A stretch of 64,000 nt of DNA, from the IMG/VR virus record IMGVR_UViG_3300040815_001293, one strand, 5' to 3'. The first letter of the stretch is position 1. Every line of letters begins with the position of its first letter. Positions 48,236-57,796 of the stretch are shown one piece after another. Below the pieces are notes generated by a model that did not search any database, was not told where the DNA came from, and saw nothing but the letters and a program-made list of their open reading frames with translations. A program made the position numbers and the translations under genes. This DNA is from an uncultured virus (IMG/VR IMGVR_UViG_3300040815_001293) (Duplodnaviria > Heunggongvirae > Uroviricota > Caudoviricetes).

Positions 48236-51200
48236 ATGGCGCTTGTATCACCAGGTATTGAGGTTAAAGTAGTCGACGAGTCACAGTACGCCAGCACGGC
48301 GGTTGGTACTGTACCTATGTTGGTAATTGCTACGGCTTCAAATAAAAACGATCCAACTAGCACAGGTGTTGCTAGTGGAACTGCAAAAGTAAATGCAGAA
48401 AAAACTTATTTAATAGGTTCACAAAGAGAACTAGTTTCTACTTTTGGTGAACCAACATTCTACAAAAGTACATCAGGTACTGCTTTACATGGCTATGAGC
48501 AAAATGAATATGGCTTAATGGCGGCTTACTCACTTTTAGGTGCTAGTAACAGAGCATACGTTGTAAGAGCAGATGTTGATTTAGGAGAACTAACAGGACA
48601 ATCAGGAAGACCAACGGCAAAACCTGCCAACGGTACACACTGGTTAGACACTAGTAAAACTAAATGGGGTATTTTTGAATGGAATGCAACAACTCAGGCA
48701 TTTGTTAATAAAGTGCCAACAGTTATAACAGATACAAATTCAGTTGTTGCTGGCGTACCGATTGCTTCAATTGGTAAAGCAGGCGATTATGCCGTTGACG
48801 CCACAACTACAAATAATACTGTAAGTGTAAGAACTGCAACAGGATGGAAAGCACTAGGTACTAGTAATTGGTACGCAGGTGTTCCAACTATACAAGGAAC
48901 TGCATCAGGCGGTACTGTTTCAAGCGGTGATAGTATTACTATTAACGGTGCAACAGTTACTTCTACTGGTACAACTTACACACAATTTGCGGCAGACATT
49001 AATACAGCGGCTATCACAGGCGTTACTGCGGCATTAGTAAATAGTAAAATTGAAATTTATGGTGATTCAACTGCGGCAAGCAATCAAATTGTTATTGCAA
49101 ACGCAAGTGGAACATTGTTAACAGATATAGGTATTACTGCAAAAACATATAATGTCATTTCAGTATTACAACAACCACATACATCAGTTCCAGCATGGAA
49201 AACAGCAGATGCTACAGCGGCGCCAAGCGGTAGTGTTTGGATTAAAACAACTTCTCCAAATAACGGAGCAAAGTTTGATGTAAGTGAATATAGTACAACT
49301 TTAGCCAAATTTGTTGCTAAAACAGTTAATGTGTATCGTGGTGATAGACACGCATTATATGGTTTAGATTCAATAGGCGGCGGTTTAAATATTGAAGCAG
49401 GAACAGTATATGCACACGCATTTACTAACTCTTCAGGATTTACACTTTATAAATTATACGAACGTAAAGTTAAAGGTGCAACAGTAGTTTCAGGAACTGC
49501 AACTGCTCCAACATACTCAGTAGGAGATGCATTTACAATTACATCTTCAGCAAAAGGCGTTAACACAGTAACAACATATACGGTAACTGCAACAGGTACA
49601 ACTAATGCGGCTATGGTTAATGACATTAATACTGCTAATATTCCTTATGTTACAGCAAGTGTGGCAACTTCGGGTGCAATTACATTAACACACAGTTTAG
49701 GTGGTGTTATGATTCTTGCAAATACAAATAATACGCCTTTAGCAACTGCAGGTTTCACAACTGCTAATACATATATTAGAGAAGGTGGAACAGTAGGAAA
49801 CTTGGTAGCAAGTAACTTCCAACCGTTAGTTTACACAGCAGGAGCAGTTGAACCTTCAACTAATCCAGCAACAGGTAGACTATGGTATCACAATGTTACA
49901 GACGAAATTGACATTATGATCCACGATGGTTCTAGTTGGAAAGGTTACCAAAACGTTTCAACAGATGCAAGAGGTTTTGATTTAACAACTACAAGTCCAA
50001 ATGGTCCACTAGTTAGTGCAACGGCTCCGATAGCACAATCGGATGCTTCAGCATTGGTATATGGTGATCTTTGGATTGACACAAGCGACTTAGAAAATTT
50101 CCCAATTATTAAAAGATGGGAATCAGTTTCAGGTACAGATAGTTGGGTAACATTAAATAACACAGACCAAACTAGTGAAGACGGTGTTCTATTTGCTGAT
50201 GCAAGATACATGGGTGATGGAACAAAAGACGTAGTTAGTGGAGAGATAACAACTGTTAAATCATTACTAACAAACGACTACACTGATTTAGATTGTCCAT
50301 TACCGGCTAACTACCCACGTGGTATGATACTATTCAACACAAGACGTAGTTCTTACAATGTAAAAGAGTTTAAGAAAGATTACTTTAACTCAACTAATTT
50401 CCCAGGTAAAGTATTACCAACGGAAAAAGATGCATGGGTAAGTAAAGCAGGTTTACAAAATGATGGTTCTCCATATATGGGTAGACAAGCAGTACGTCAA
50501 GTTGTTGTAGCAGGCATGAAATCAGCAATTGATACAAGTGCAGAATTACGTGAAGAGCAAAGAAACTTTAACGTAATGGCGGCACCAGGATATCCAGAAC
50601 TAATTGCTAATATGGTATCATTAAACAATGATAGACGTAACACTGCTTTTGTAATTGGTGACACACCAATGAGATTAGCGGCAAATAGTACAGATATTCA
50701 AAACTGGGCAACTAATGCCAATTTAGCAACAGATAACAATGATGACGGTATGGTTACTGCTGATACATACTTAGGTGTGTTTTACCCAAGTGGTATTACT
50801 ACAGATTTAAGTGGTAGTAGCATTGTTGTACCAGCAAGTCATATGATGTTAAGAACAATGATTCGTTCAGATGATGCTAGTTATCCTTGGTTTGCTCCGG
50901 CAGGTACAAGACGTGGTGTTGTAGATAATGCAACAGGATTAGGTTATATCGATGTAGCAACTGGTGAATTCCAGAGTGTTGGTGTTAGAGAATCTTTAAG
51001 AGATACTTTATACGAAAACAGTATTAACCCAATTACGTTCTTACCAGGTAACGGTGTACTAAACTACGGTAACAAAACTAAAACAGCGACAGCAAGTGCT
51101 TTAGATCGTATTAACGTTTCTAGACTTACTGCTTACATTCGTGAACGTTTAGCAGTTATTACAAAACCATTTGTTTTTGAACCTAACGATAAACTAACAC

Positions 51201-51412
51201 GTGATGAAGTTAAACAAGTTGTTGAGCAATTAATGAATGATTTAGTTGCAAAACGTGGTCTTTACGATTACTTGGTTGTTTGTGATGAAACAAATAACAC
51301 AAACGACAGAATTGATCGTAACGAATTGTATATAGATATTGCTATTGAACCAGTTAAAGCGGTTGAATACATTTATATTCCAGTTCGTATCCAAAATACA
51401 GGCTCTATTTAA
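48236..51412 (+). CDS. gp18: Tail sheath protein
   Basis: LVSPGIEVKVVDES N-terminus; PWFAPAG..RG, LDRINVSRL, FEPND and IDRNEL..DIAIEPVKAVEYIY motifs. Confidence 0.95.
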   Translation: MALVSPGIEVKVVDESQYASTAVGTVPMLVIATASNKNDPTSTGVASGTAKVNAEKTYLIGSQRELVSTFGEPTFYKSTSGTALHGYEQNEYGLMAAYSLLGASNRAYVVRADVDLGELTGQSGRPTAKPANGTHWLDTSKTKWGIFEWNATTQAFVNKVPTVITDTNSVVAGVPIASIGKAGDYAVDATTTNNTVSVRTATGWKALGTSNWYAGVPTIQGTASGGTVSSGDSITINGATVTSTGTTYTQFAADINTAAITGVTAALVNSKIEIYGDSTAASNQIVIANASGTLLTDIGITAKTYNVISVLQQPHTSVPAWKTADATAAPSGSVWIKTTSPNNGAKFDVSEYSTTLAKFVAKTVNVYRGDRHALYGLDSIGGGLNIEAGTVYAHAFTNSSGFTLYKLYERKVKGATVVSGTATAPTYSVGDAFTITSSAKGVNTVTTYTVTATGTTNAAMVNDINTANIPYVTASVATSGAITLTHSLGGVMILANTNNTPLATAGFTTANTYIREGGTVGNLVASNFQPLVYTAGAVEPSTNPATGRLWYHNVTDEIDIMIHDGSSWKGYQNVSTDARGFDLTTTSPNGPLVSATAPIAQSDASALVYGDLWIDTSDLENFPIIKRWESVSGTDSWVTLNNTDQTSEDGVLFADARYMGDGTKDVVSGEITTVKSLLTNDYTDLDCPLPANYPRGMILFNTRRSSYNVKEFKKDYFNSTNFPGKVLPTEKDAWVSKAGLQNDGSPYMGRQAVRQVVVAGMKSAIDTSAELREEQRNFNVMAAPGYPELIANMVSLNNDRRNTAFVIGDTPMRLAANSTDIQNWATNANLATDNNDDGMVTADTYLGVFYPSGITTDLSGSSIVVPASHMMLRTMIRSDDASYPWFAPAGTRRGVVDNATGLGYIDVATGEFQSVGVRESLRDTLYENSINPITFLPGNGVLNYGNKTKTATASALDRINVSRLTAYIRERLAVITKPFVFEPNDKLTRDEVKQVVEQLMNDLVAKRGLYDYLVVCDETNNTNDRIDRNELYIDIAIEPVKAVEYIYIPVRIQNTGSI

Positions 51413-51425
51413 TAGAGCCTTATTA
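51400..51425 (+). terminator. Hairpin over the sheath stop codon (possible terminator or processing site)
   Basis: Perfect inverted repeat AGGCTCTATT-T-AATAGAGCCT. Confidence 0.45.
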
Positions 51426-51484
51426 GGAACAGGGTAATTTAAGCGACTAAATATTAATAAAGCATAGAAGCAGGAGCAAAACAT

Positions 51485-52102
51485 ATGTCAGTAAGTTCAT
51501 TAAGCAAATTTACAGTACCTTTGGCAAGTGACCAGTCAGCGTCAAGTCAAGGTCTGTTGATGCCAAAATTAAAGTATCGCTTCAGAGTGAGTTTTGAAAA
51601 CTTCGGTATTTCGACTCCTAGAAGTGAACTAACAAAACAAATTATCGATTTTCAACGTCCTTCAGTTAATTTTGAAGAAGTGCCAATCGATATCTATAAC
51701 AGTAAAGTTTATATCCAAGGTAAACACACTTGGGAGGCTGTCTCAGTCAATATGCGTGATGACGCATCAGGTCAAGTTTCGAAACTTGTTGGAGAACAAA
51801 TACAGAAACAATTTGATATGATGGAACAATCATCTGCGGCGTCTGGAATTGATTACAAATTCATTACTAGATGTGAAATATTAGACGGCGGTAACGGAGC
51901 GAGTTCACCAAATACACTAGAAACATGGGAATTATACGGATGTATGATTCAGAACGTTAACTACAACGATTTGAACTATGCAACATCAGAACCAGCGACA
52001 GTAACAATGTCGATACGTTTTGACAATGCAGTTCAAACTCCATTAGGAGCAGGCGTAGGAACTACAGTGGCTAGAACTATTGGTGAGGTAGTGACAGGCT
52101 AA
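51485..52102 (+). CDS. gp19: Tail tube protein
   Basis: Follows the sheath gene; PKLKYRFRV, GKHTWE and WELYGC...L.Y...E...V...IRFDNA motifs. Confidence 0.85.
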   Translation: MSVSSLSKFTVPLASDQSASSQGLLMPKLKYRFRVSFENFGISTPRSELTKQIIDFQRPSVNFEEVPIDIYNSKVYIQGKHTWEAVSVNMRDDASGQVSKLVGEQIQKQFDMMEQSSAASGIDYKFITRCEILDGGNGASSPNTLETWELYGCMIQNVNYNDLNYATSEPATVTMSIRFDNAVQTPLGAGVGTTVARTIGEVVTG

Positions 52103-52124
52103 TCCAACACGGAGTAATTAACCT

Positions 52125-53594
52125 GTGATTAATTCTTTTTTAAAAGCTCTTGCAACCGGGGACAATGTTCGTGACTTTAGACACGCATCACGAACATTTG
52201 TCGACGGGAATTATAGACTATCCCCAAAACATAAATTTCTATTTCATGTTGTATTCCAAATCAACCCTGGACTTGGATTTACTTTCAGTGGAAGTGAAAA
52301 CTTAGAAGCAAGTTTTTTAGTTAAAACTGTTGACTTGCCTAAGTACAGTTTTGAAGTAGTTGAACACAATCAATATAACAGAAAAAGATATCATCACAAC
52401 AAAATTAATTACAGTCCAGTTAACATAACCTTTCATGATGACAACAGTGACGTAATAAGAAATATGTGGTATGCCTACTATGCCTACTACAATAACGATC
52501 CACAATACCAGCAAAGCGGAACATACGGTTATAAAGATACATATAAGCCTATGATGGACAATGCTCGTCAATGGGGATTAGATAGAAATACAAAACCATT
52601 CTTTACTGGAATAAAAATTTATAGTTTATATCAAAAGAAGTATACAGAGTATTGGTTAGTTAATCCAATTATTGAAAGTTTTGACCACGATGGACATGAT
52701 TATTCAGATGGCGCAGGCGTTTTAGAACATAGAATGTCAGTAAGATTTGAAACAGTAAAATATAAATCAGGTCTTGTTGATGGAGATAGTCCACAAGGAT
52801 TTGGTACACTACATTATGACAAAGCAAAAAGTCCTTTAACACCAGAAGGTGGAGGAACAACTAGTATATTAGGCCCTGGAGGTTTAGTTGATGCTGTTGG
52901 AAGTATTGGTGCCGACCTAGCAGGTGGTAATATTGCAGGTGCAGTAGTTACTGGATTGCGTGGAGCAGGAAATTTAAAAGGTGCTAACTTAAAAAATATG
53001 TTAAAATCAGAACTTACTGGAGCGGCAATGAATGCCTTAAGAGGACAAAATCCAATTGGTGATTTTAGTTTCCCTAATAGTAAATCAGCACAAGGTAATC
53101 CGTTACCTAATGTTCCAAAAATGAATGCAATAAGTGGAAGCGGTTCAACCCTTCCTGCTAGTCAACAATCAGTAAAAAGTAATGGAGCAGGTATACAAAT
53201 TGCTCCTATTAATACTTCTTTAGGAGCAATAATTGGCGGCGCAGGTTCTAACATACAAAGTTTAGTTTCTGGTGCAGGTGCAATGGTTGGTTCAGTTGGA
53301 CCAAATGTTCCGGCATCTTTGCAAAGTTTATTTGGACCTGGATTGAATAATATAGCAACACACGTTAATAGTGCATCTTTTCAAAACCAGTTTCAATCTG
53401 ATCTAGCAGACGCACAAAGACAACTTGGCGATATTAATCTATCGTCGATTGGAAGTGCTACAAGTAGTATTGGTAGTAACTTAACAGCCAATCCAGTAGA
53501 TTATTCTACACAATCTAAAGTGTCGAAACCTAGTATAAGTAATATTACTAACAGTTCAACATATTATAAAAAACAAATACCAGGTGATTTCTAA
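52125..53594 (+). CDS. Tail-tube-fold protein (gp54/gp19-like) with low-complexity Gly/Ser tail
   Basis: VKTVDLPK...NQYNRK.....I.YSPVNITFHDD N-terminal domain. Confidence 0.65.
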   Translation: MINSFLKALATGDNVRDFRHASRTFVDGNYRLSPKHKFLFHVVFQINPGLGFTFSGSENLEASFLVKTVDLPKYSFEVVEHNQYNRKRYHHNKINYSPVNITFHDDNSDVIRNMWYAYYAYYNNDPQYQQSGTYGYKDTYKPMMDNARQWGLDRNTKPFFTGIKIYSLYQKKYTEYWLVNPIIESFDHDGHDYSDGAGVLEHRMSVRFETVKYKSGLVDGDSPQGFGTLHYDKAKSPLTPEGGGTTSILGPGGLVDAVGSIGADLAGGNIAGAVVTGLRGAGNLKGANLKNMLKSELTGAAMNALRGQNPIGDFSFPNSKSAQGNPLPNVPKMNAISGSGSTLPASQQSVKSNGAGIQIAPINTSLGAIIGGAGSNIQSLVSGAGAMVGSVGPNVPASLQSLFGPGLNNIATHVNSASFQNQFQSDLADAQRQLGDINLSSIGSATSSIGSNLTANPVDYSTQSKVSKPSISNITNSSTYYKKQIPGDF

Positions 53595-53962
53595 TGTCAA
53601 CTAATTTACCTAAAAAAGAAAATACAAACGAAACTACAGAATTCTTTGATGTTTATGACACTGCTCAATCAACATCTATTGTTAATCCAACAGAGTTTGA
53701 TGCTATTAGAGGTTTCTTTTTAAGAAAAACAAAAGATAATGAAACAGTTGCAGATGGATTAACAGATACAGTTATGCAACTTGCTAATTTACATAATATA
53801 TCTCCAATGGACTTAATTGATGACTTTGGGGATTATGCAATTACAGAAATACAACAAGCATTAGTATCATTAATTAATCAAACTAGAACTAACACAAGTA
53901 TATTAGGATTTAATAAAAACAAAGCACCAAGCCAAATCGTTGCTCGTAACATATTGGATTAA
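53594..53962 (+). CDS. Hypothetical protein
   Basis: 122-aa ORF, translationally coupled within the tail operon. Confidence 0.7.
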   Translation: MSTNLPKKENTNETTEFFDVYDTAQSTSIVNPTEFDAIRGFFLRKTKDNETVADGLTDTVMQLANLHNISPMDLIDDFGDYAITEIQQALVSLINQTRTNTSILGFNKNKAPSQIVARNILD

Positions 53963-53965
53963 GCC

Positions 53966-54403
53966 ATGGCAAAATTCGCTCAAGGCAAATATGTAATCAA
54001 GAATCCTGAAAAGTATGCAGGCAATCGAACCCCAATGTATAGAAGCAGTTGGGAATGGGCATTTATGCAATTTTGTGATAATCATCCTGGCGTAATACAA
54101 TGGGCCAGTGAAGCAATTAAAGTTCCTTATAAAAATCCTTTAACAGGTAAAAATACAATATATGTTCCAGACTTTTTAGTTGTTTACCAAGATAAAAATG
54201 GTACAAAACGTGCTGAAGTTATTGAAGTAAAACCTAAGAAAGAAACAACAATGGAACAAGCAGGCAGAAGTAGACAAGCACAGGCAAAAGTTATATTAAA
54301 TTCTGCAAAATGGGAAGCGGCTAATAGATACTGTAGACAAAACAATTTAGTATTTAGAATAGTAACTGAAGATGATATATTTCATCGTCCTAAGAAAAGA
54401 TAA
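53966..54403 (+). CDS. gp4: Head completion nuclease (T4 gp4; TnsA-like)
   Basis: KNPEKY.G, YRSSWE..FM.FCD, WASE, Y.PDF, EVKP and N.AKWEAA motifs. Confidence 0.92.
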   Translation: MAKFAQGKYVIKNPEKYAGNRTPMYRSSWEWAFMQFCDNHPGVIQWASEAIKVPYKNPLTGKNTIYVPDFLVVYQDKNGTKRAEVIEVKPKKETTMEQAGRSRQAQAKVILNSAKWEAANRYCRQNNLVFRIVTEDDIFHRPKKR

Positions 54404-54438
54404 ATAATTATAGTAGCATATAATTTAGTGGAAGTATT

Positions 54439-54948
54439 ATGACAAAGAAACTAGAAGAATTATTAGACATGGCACCTGCAAAGGAAGTTAGTGAAAACAC
54501 TGACATTATACCTGAACCAGAAAAAACAGTAAGCCATATACAAGAACATACACCTGAAGATATTCAAAGAGCAATAGCAAAAGCAGATAAAATTGACGAA
54601 GCATTGCCAATGGTAAAAGATTTATCTTTAAATGACCAAGAAATGGATGAAATAGCCACAACTGCTAAAGACACATTTCAAGACTTAATGGATTTAGGCA
54701 TGAATGTAGAATCTAGGTATGCTGGAGAGATATTTAACACAGCGGCACGTTTGTTAGATACTGCTCTTAATGCCAAAGGTGCTAAAGTTGATAGAAAATT
54801 AAAAATGATACAATTACAACTACAAAAAGCACGTTTAGACCAAGTACAAGCAAAGCATGATAAAGAGTCGGGAGTGCAAGAAGAGGGTGATGCAGTGATA
54901 TTAGACCGTAATGCACTGTTAGAAAAACTGCTTTCAAAAGATAAATAA
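54439..54948 (+). CDS. Helical protein, possible terminase small subunit (gp16-like)
   Basis: Size, helical pattern, C-terminal DRNALL and location upstream of the large terminase; inference only. Confidence 0.4.
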   Translation: MTKKLEELLDMAPAKEVSENTDIIPEPEKTVSHIQEHTPEDIQRAIAKADKIDEALPMVKDLSLNDQEMDEIATTAKDTFQDLMDLGMNVESRYAGEIFNTAARLLDTALNAKGAKVDRKLKMIQLQLQKARLDQVQAKHDKESGVQEEGDAVILDRNALLEKLLSKDK

Positions 54949-54975
54949 TATAATATAAAGTAAGGTGTGATTAAT

Positions 54976-55524
54976 ATGAAAACTTTCAAACAATATTTAA
55001 TGGAAAACATTAAAGAATACAAATTTCGTGTGAAGTACGCAGGTACTTTAACTGATGCTCAATTAAGTAGAGTTGAAATGGCACTTGGGAAATATAATTT
55101 AACAGATATGACCAAACCTAAAGTTACACCGATACAGGAACATCCAATGGATTTCCAAACAATGAAAAATTCAGAAGTTACTATTATGGATATTTCAGTG
55201 TCTTATCCGACAACTGTTGATATGTTAAGAAATGAATTAACAGAATATGCAGGCATACACGGATCTCATTTAGTTGTAATGAACCCAGATGATCCTAACG
55301 AAATAGCCAGAGAAAAGAATTTAGAAGAACAAGACAAAGATTATGTTACAAAACTCGGCAGTGAGATCAAAGACGATATGGAGATCAAAGCAGAAGAACA
55401 TTTTGGCGACAAGTATAACGAAAACTTTTTAAAAGATTTAGCAAATAATAAAGAAACACCTGATTTAAAATCTCTAGCAAAAGCATATGCAGATGAGATT
55501 GCTAAAGATCCGAAAAAGAAATAA
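54976..55524 (+). CDS. Hypothetical protein, possible internal head protein
   Basis: From ATG 54976 it begins MKTFKQYLME, resembling the T4 capsid-targeting sequence. Confidence 0.6.
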   Translation: MKTFKQYLMENIKEYKFRVKYAGTLTDAQLSRVEMALGKYNLTDMTKPKVTPIQEHPMDFQTMKNSEVTIMDISVSYPTTVDMLRNELTEYAGIHGSHLVVMNPDDPNEIAREKNLEEQDKDYVTKLGSEIKDDMEIKAEEHFGDKYNENFLKDLANNKETPDLKSLAKAYADEIAKDPKKK

Positions 55525-55535
55525 AGGCACAAATA

Positions 55536-56723
55536 ATGAGAGCAATACTAGACGCACTAGAAGGTATCCATAGTAACAAAAAGAAGCCTTTAGACATAAC
55601 AAAAGAATTAAACAAAAAGCCAGCAGTGATGAAAGCATTATCACTTGAAGACGCAACTGTTGACTCAAACAGTAACGTTGCAGGCTATTTAGATACAATT
55701 GACGAATATGTAGAAATGTTATTTAAAAGTGCTAAAGATAAAAAAGAAACTGAAATAGCATATAGAATTCAAAACGCTGTAGACGATATTCGAATGAGAG
55801 AACTTAATTTACAACCAAGTAATATCAGAGCAAAATATAATTCTCAAGTTTCTGAAGAATTAGAAGAAGGCGTAAATGATGTAGATAAAATTCTTCAACT
55901 TACAAATGAACTTTACAATGAACTAGTTGATTTCCAAAATGAAGAAACTGATGAGAACGTAGAAGATCTTGTTGGACACCTAGCAGAATTTAAGGCTAAA
56001 CTTGAAGGTGATACGGGATCATTTTCAGAAGATAAATTTGATGGATACAAAATTCACCGTTTAGGCGAGTTACAGAAAAAAATTGACGACGTTGCTAAAG
56101 ATATTAGATTACTAGGCAAAACAGATTCAATGCCAGGCGCCACAGGTGCTGGTGATTTAACAGATCAACTTACTACAATGAATGATGCAATACAAATGTT
56201 GCAAGACGTTGTTGAAAGAGCAAACAGTATTGTACCTGATCCATTAAAAAATTATGATGGTACTCCAAAAACTGAAGAAACAGTTGAAGAAAAAATAACA
56301 AACAGCGAGGAACAAAAAATGGAAACAACCAAAAAAGACACAGTTGAAGTTGCTGTAGAAGATTTGGCGAGAGTATTAGAACTCGCTGGATTAAAAGCAG
56401 AAGCAGAAGAAAAAGATTTTGATTTTTCAAAAGATAATTTAGAATTATGCGATACCTGTGATAAACCAATTGACAAATGCGATTGTGAAGGACACGATCA
56501 CAAGGCTGAAGAACTAGCACCAACTCAGGCAAACAACGAAGTTGAACTTGACGAGTATAGTAACTCTCCAGACGAAGAGTACTTCGATACAGACACACAA
56601 TTAAACAAAATGTCAGGCGGATTAAACGGTCCAAAGAAACAATTCAAAAAAGAATACCCAGGTGACAATCCGTTAGCAGTAGATTTACAAGATAAACTTG
56701 CTAAAATGTTATCTAGTATGTAA
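55536..56723 (+). CDS. Acidic hypothetical protein (possible head core protein)
   Basis: 395 aa, Glu/Asp-rich, contains VLELAGLK. Confidence 0.65.
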   Translation: MRAILDALEGIHSNKKKPLDITKELNKKPAVMKALSLEDATVDSNSNVAGYLDTIDEYVEMLFKSAKDKKETEIAYRIQNAVDDIRMRELNLQPSNIRAKYNSQVSEELEEGVNDVDKILQLTNELYNELVDFQNEETDENVEDLVGHLAEFKAKLEGDTGSFSEDKFDGYKIHRLGELQKKIDDVAKDIRLLGKTDSMPGATGAGDLTDQLTTMNDAIQMLQDVVERANSIVPDPLKNYDGTPKTEETVEEKITNSEEQKMETTKKDTVEVAVEDLARVLELAGLKAEAEEKDFDFSKDNLELCDTCDKPIDKCDCEGHDHKAEELAPTQANNEVELDEYSNSPDEEYFDTDTQLNKMSGGLNGPKKQFKKEYPGDNPLAVDLQDKLAKMLSSM

Positions 56724-56731
56724 TTTCTATC

Positions 56732-56962
56732 ATGGCTGATAAGTCGTTTGAAAGCGAATTAGAAGATTTAAAAAGATTAGCAGGGGTTGGTTCATATTCT
56801 GGATTGACCCCTTACTCATCTGTAGAAGAAAATGTTGGCAGTCTTGCTAACAAATTATCTAAAGTACAAAAGAAAAGAAAAATACAACCAGGCACAGAAG
56901 CATGGTTTAGACTTTGGTTTAGTAAACCTTGGTTAACAGGTGAAAAACCTTACGACGATTAA
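56732..56962 (+). CDS. Small hypothetical protein
   Basis: 76 aa; LEDLKRLAGV and IQPGTEAWFRLWF. Confidence 0.7.
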   Translation: MADKSFESELEDLKRLAGVGSYSGLTPYSSVEENVGSLANKLSKVQKKRKIQPGTEAWFRLWFSKPWLTGEKPYDD

Positions 56963-57498
56963 TCAGAAAATTTGTGTTGTTCAGTAACACTAATATATTG
57001 TAACCATTTAGGGTGTTTAATTTTAAATGGCATTTTACGTCTAAGAGTTGCAAGGTTATAGTAGTCGGGCTTATACGGCGTATTTAAGGGTCTAACGTTA
57101 GTTTTATCGCCCTTCTTAACATTACAAGACATACAAGCAGTAGTGCAATTTTCCCAACTAGTTTTACCACCCTTGCTAATTGGAATGATGTGGTCAATAG
57201 TTAGTTCTTTAGGATTAAAAGTATCAGCACAATATTGACATTGAAACATATCACGTAGATACATATTATGTCTAGCAAATCGAATAGTTTTTTGAATGGG
57301 AAAATAGTCGTTAAGAGCTACAACGGCAGGTACATTAAATTCCATATTAGGACTATGCACTTGCCAGTCTTGGTACTCATCAACTACTTTAACCCTGTCT
57401 AAATAGCATAATTTTATAGCAGATTGCCATGAAATTAGACTTAAAGGCAGTACACTTAAAGGTTGATAGTTTCCGTTTAGAACCAAACAGTCAGACAT
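56959..57498 (-). CDS. HNH endonuclease (McrA-like)
   Basis: LVLNGNYQPL N-terminus; RD...CQYC...LTIDHIIPISKGGKTSWEN..TAC..CN.KKGD. Confidence 0.93.
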   Translation of the reverse strand: MSDCLVLNGNYQPLSVLPLSLISWQSAIKLCYLDRVKVVDEYQDWQVHSPNMEFNVPAVVALNDYFPIQKTIRFARHNMYLRDMFQCQYCADTFNPKELTIDHIIPISKGGKTSWENCTTACMSCNVKKGDKTNVRPLNTPYKPDYYNLATLRRKMPFKIKHPKWLQYISVTEQHKFSD

Positions 57499-57568
57499 CG
57501 TTGTTATTTACCGATAAATACAATAGTAATATGTGTATATTATACTTATAAAAAATAGGAGAAGTCAA

Positions 57569-57787
57569 ATGTTCAAATGGATCACAAACATTTTTGCAGT
57601 AACACCTAGAGAGATCAAAAAAGAAAAACCTCTAGTATTAGTACCTAGCAAAAAAGATCTTGCCAAGTTAACTAAACAAGGTTTAGAAGACTTAGGAAGA
57701 AAACACAAAATAGAATTAGACCGAAGAGAAACAAAAGATAAACTTGTAAATAAATTACACAAGCATATCAAAAGTTTAAATAATTAA
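57569..57787 (+). CDS. Small basic protein, Rho-N/HeH-like helical domain (tentative)
   Basis: AGGAG RBS favours ATG 57569; LAKLTKQGLEDLGRKHKIELDRRETKDKLV. Confidence 0.55.
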   Translation: MFKWITNIFAVTPREIKKEKPLVLVPSKKDLAKLTKQGLEDLGRKHKIELDRRETKDKLVNKLHKHIKSLNN

Positions 57788-57796
57788 GAGATATAA

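Noticed and set aside
56959..57498. HNH gene as an intron-encoded homing endonuclease or RNA-guided IscB-like nuclease
   Set aside because: It is free-standing, flanking genes are intact, there are no RuvC motifs and there is no room for an adjacent ncRNA.
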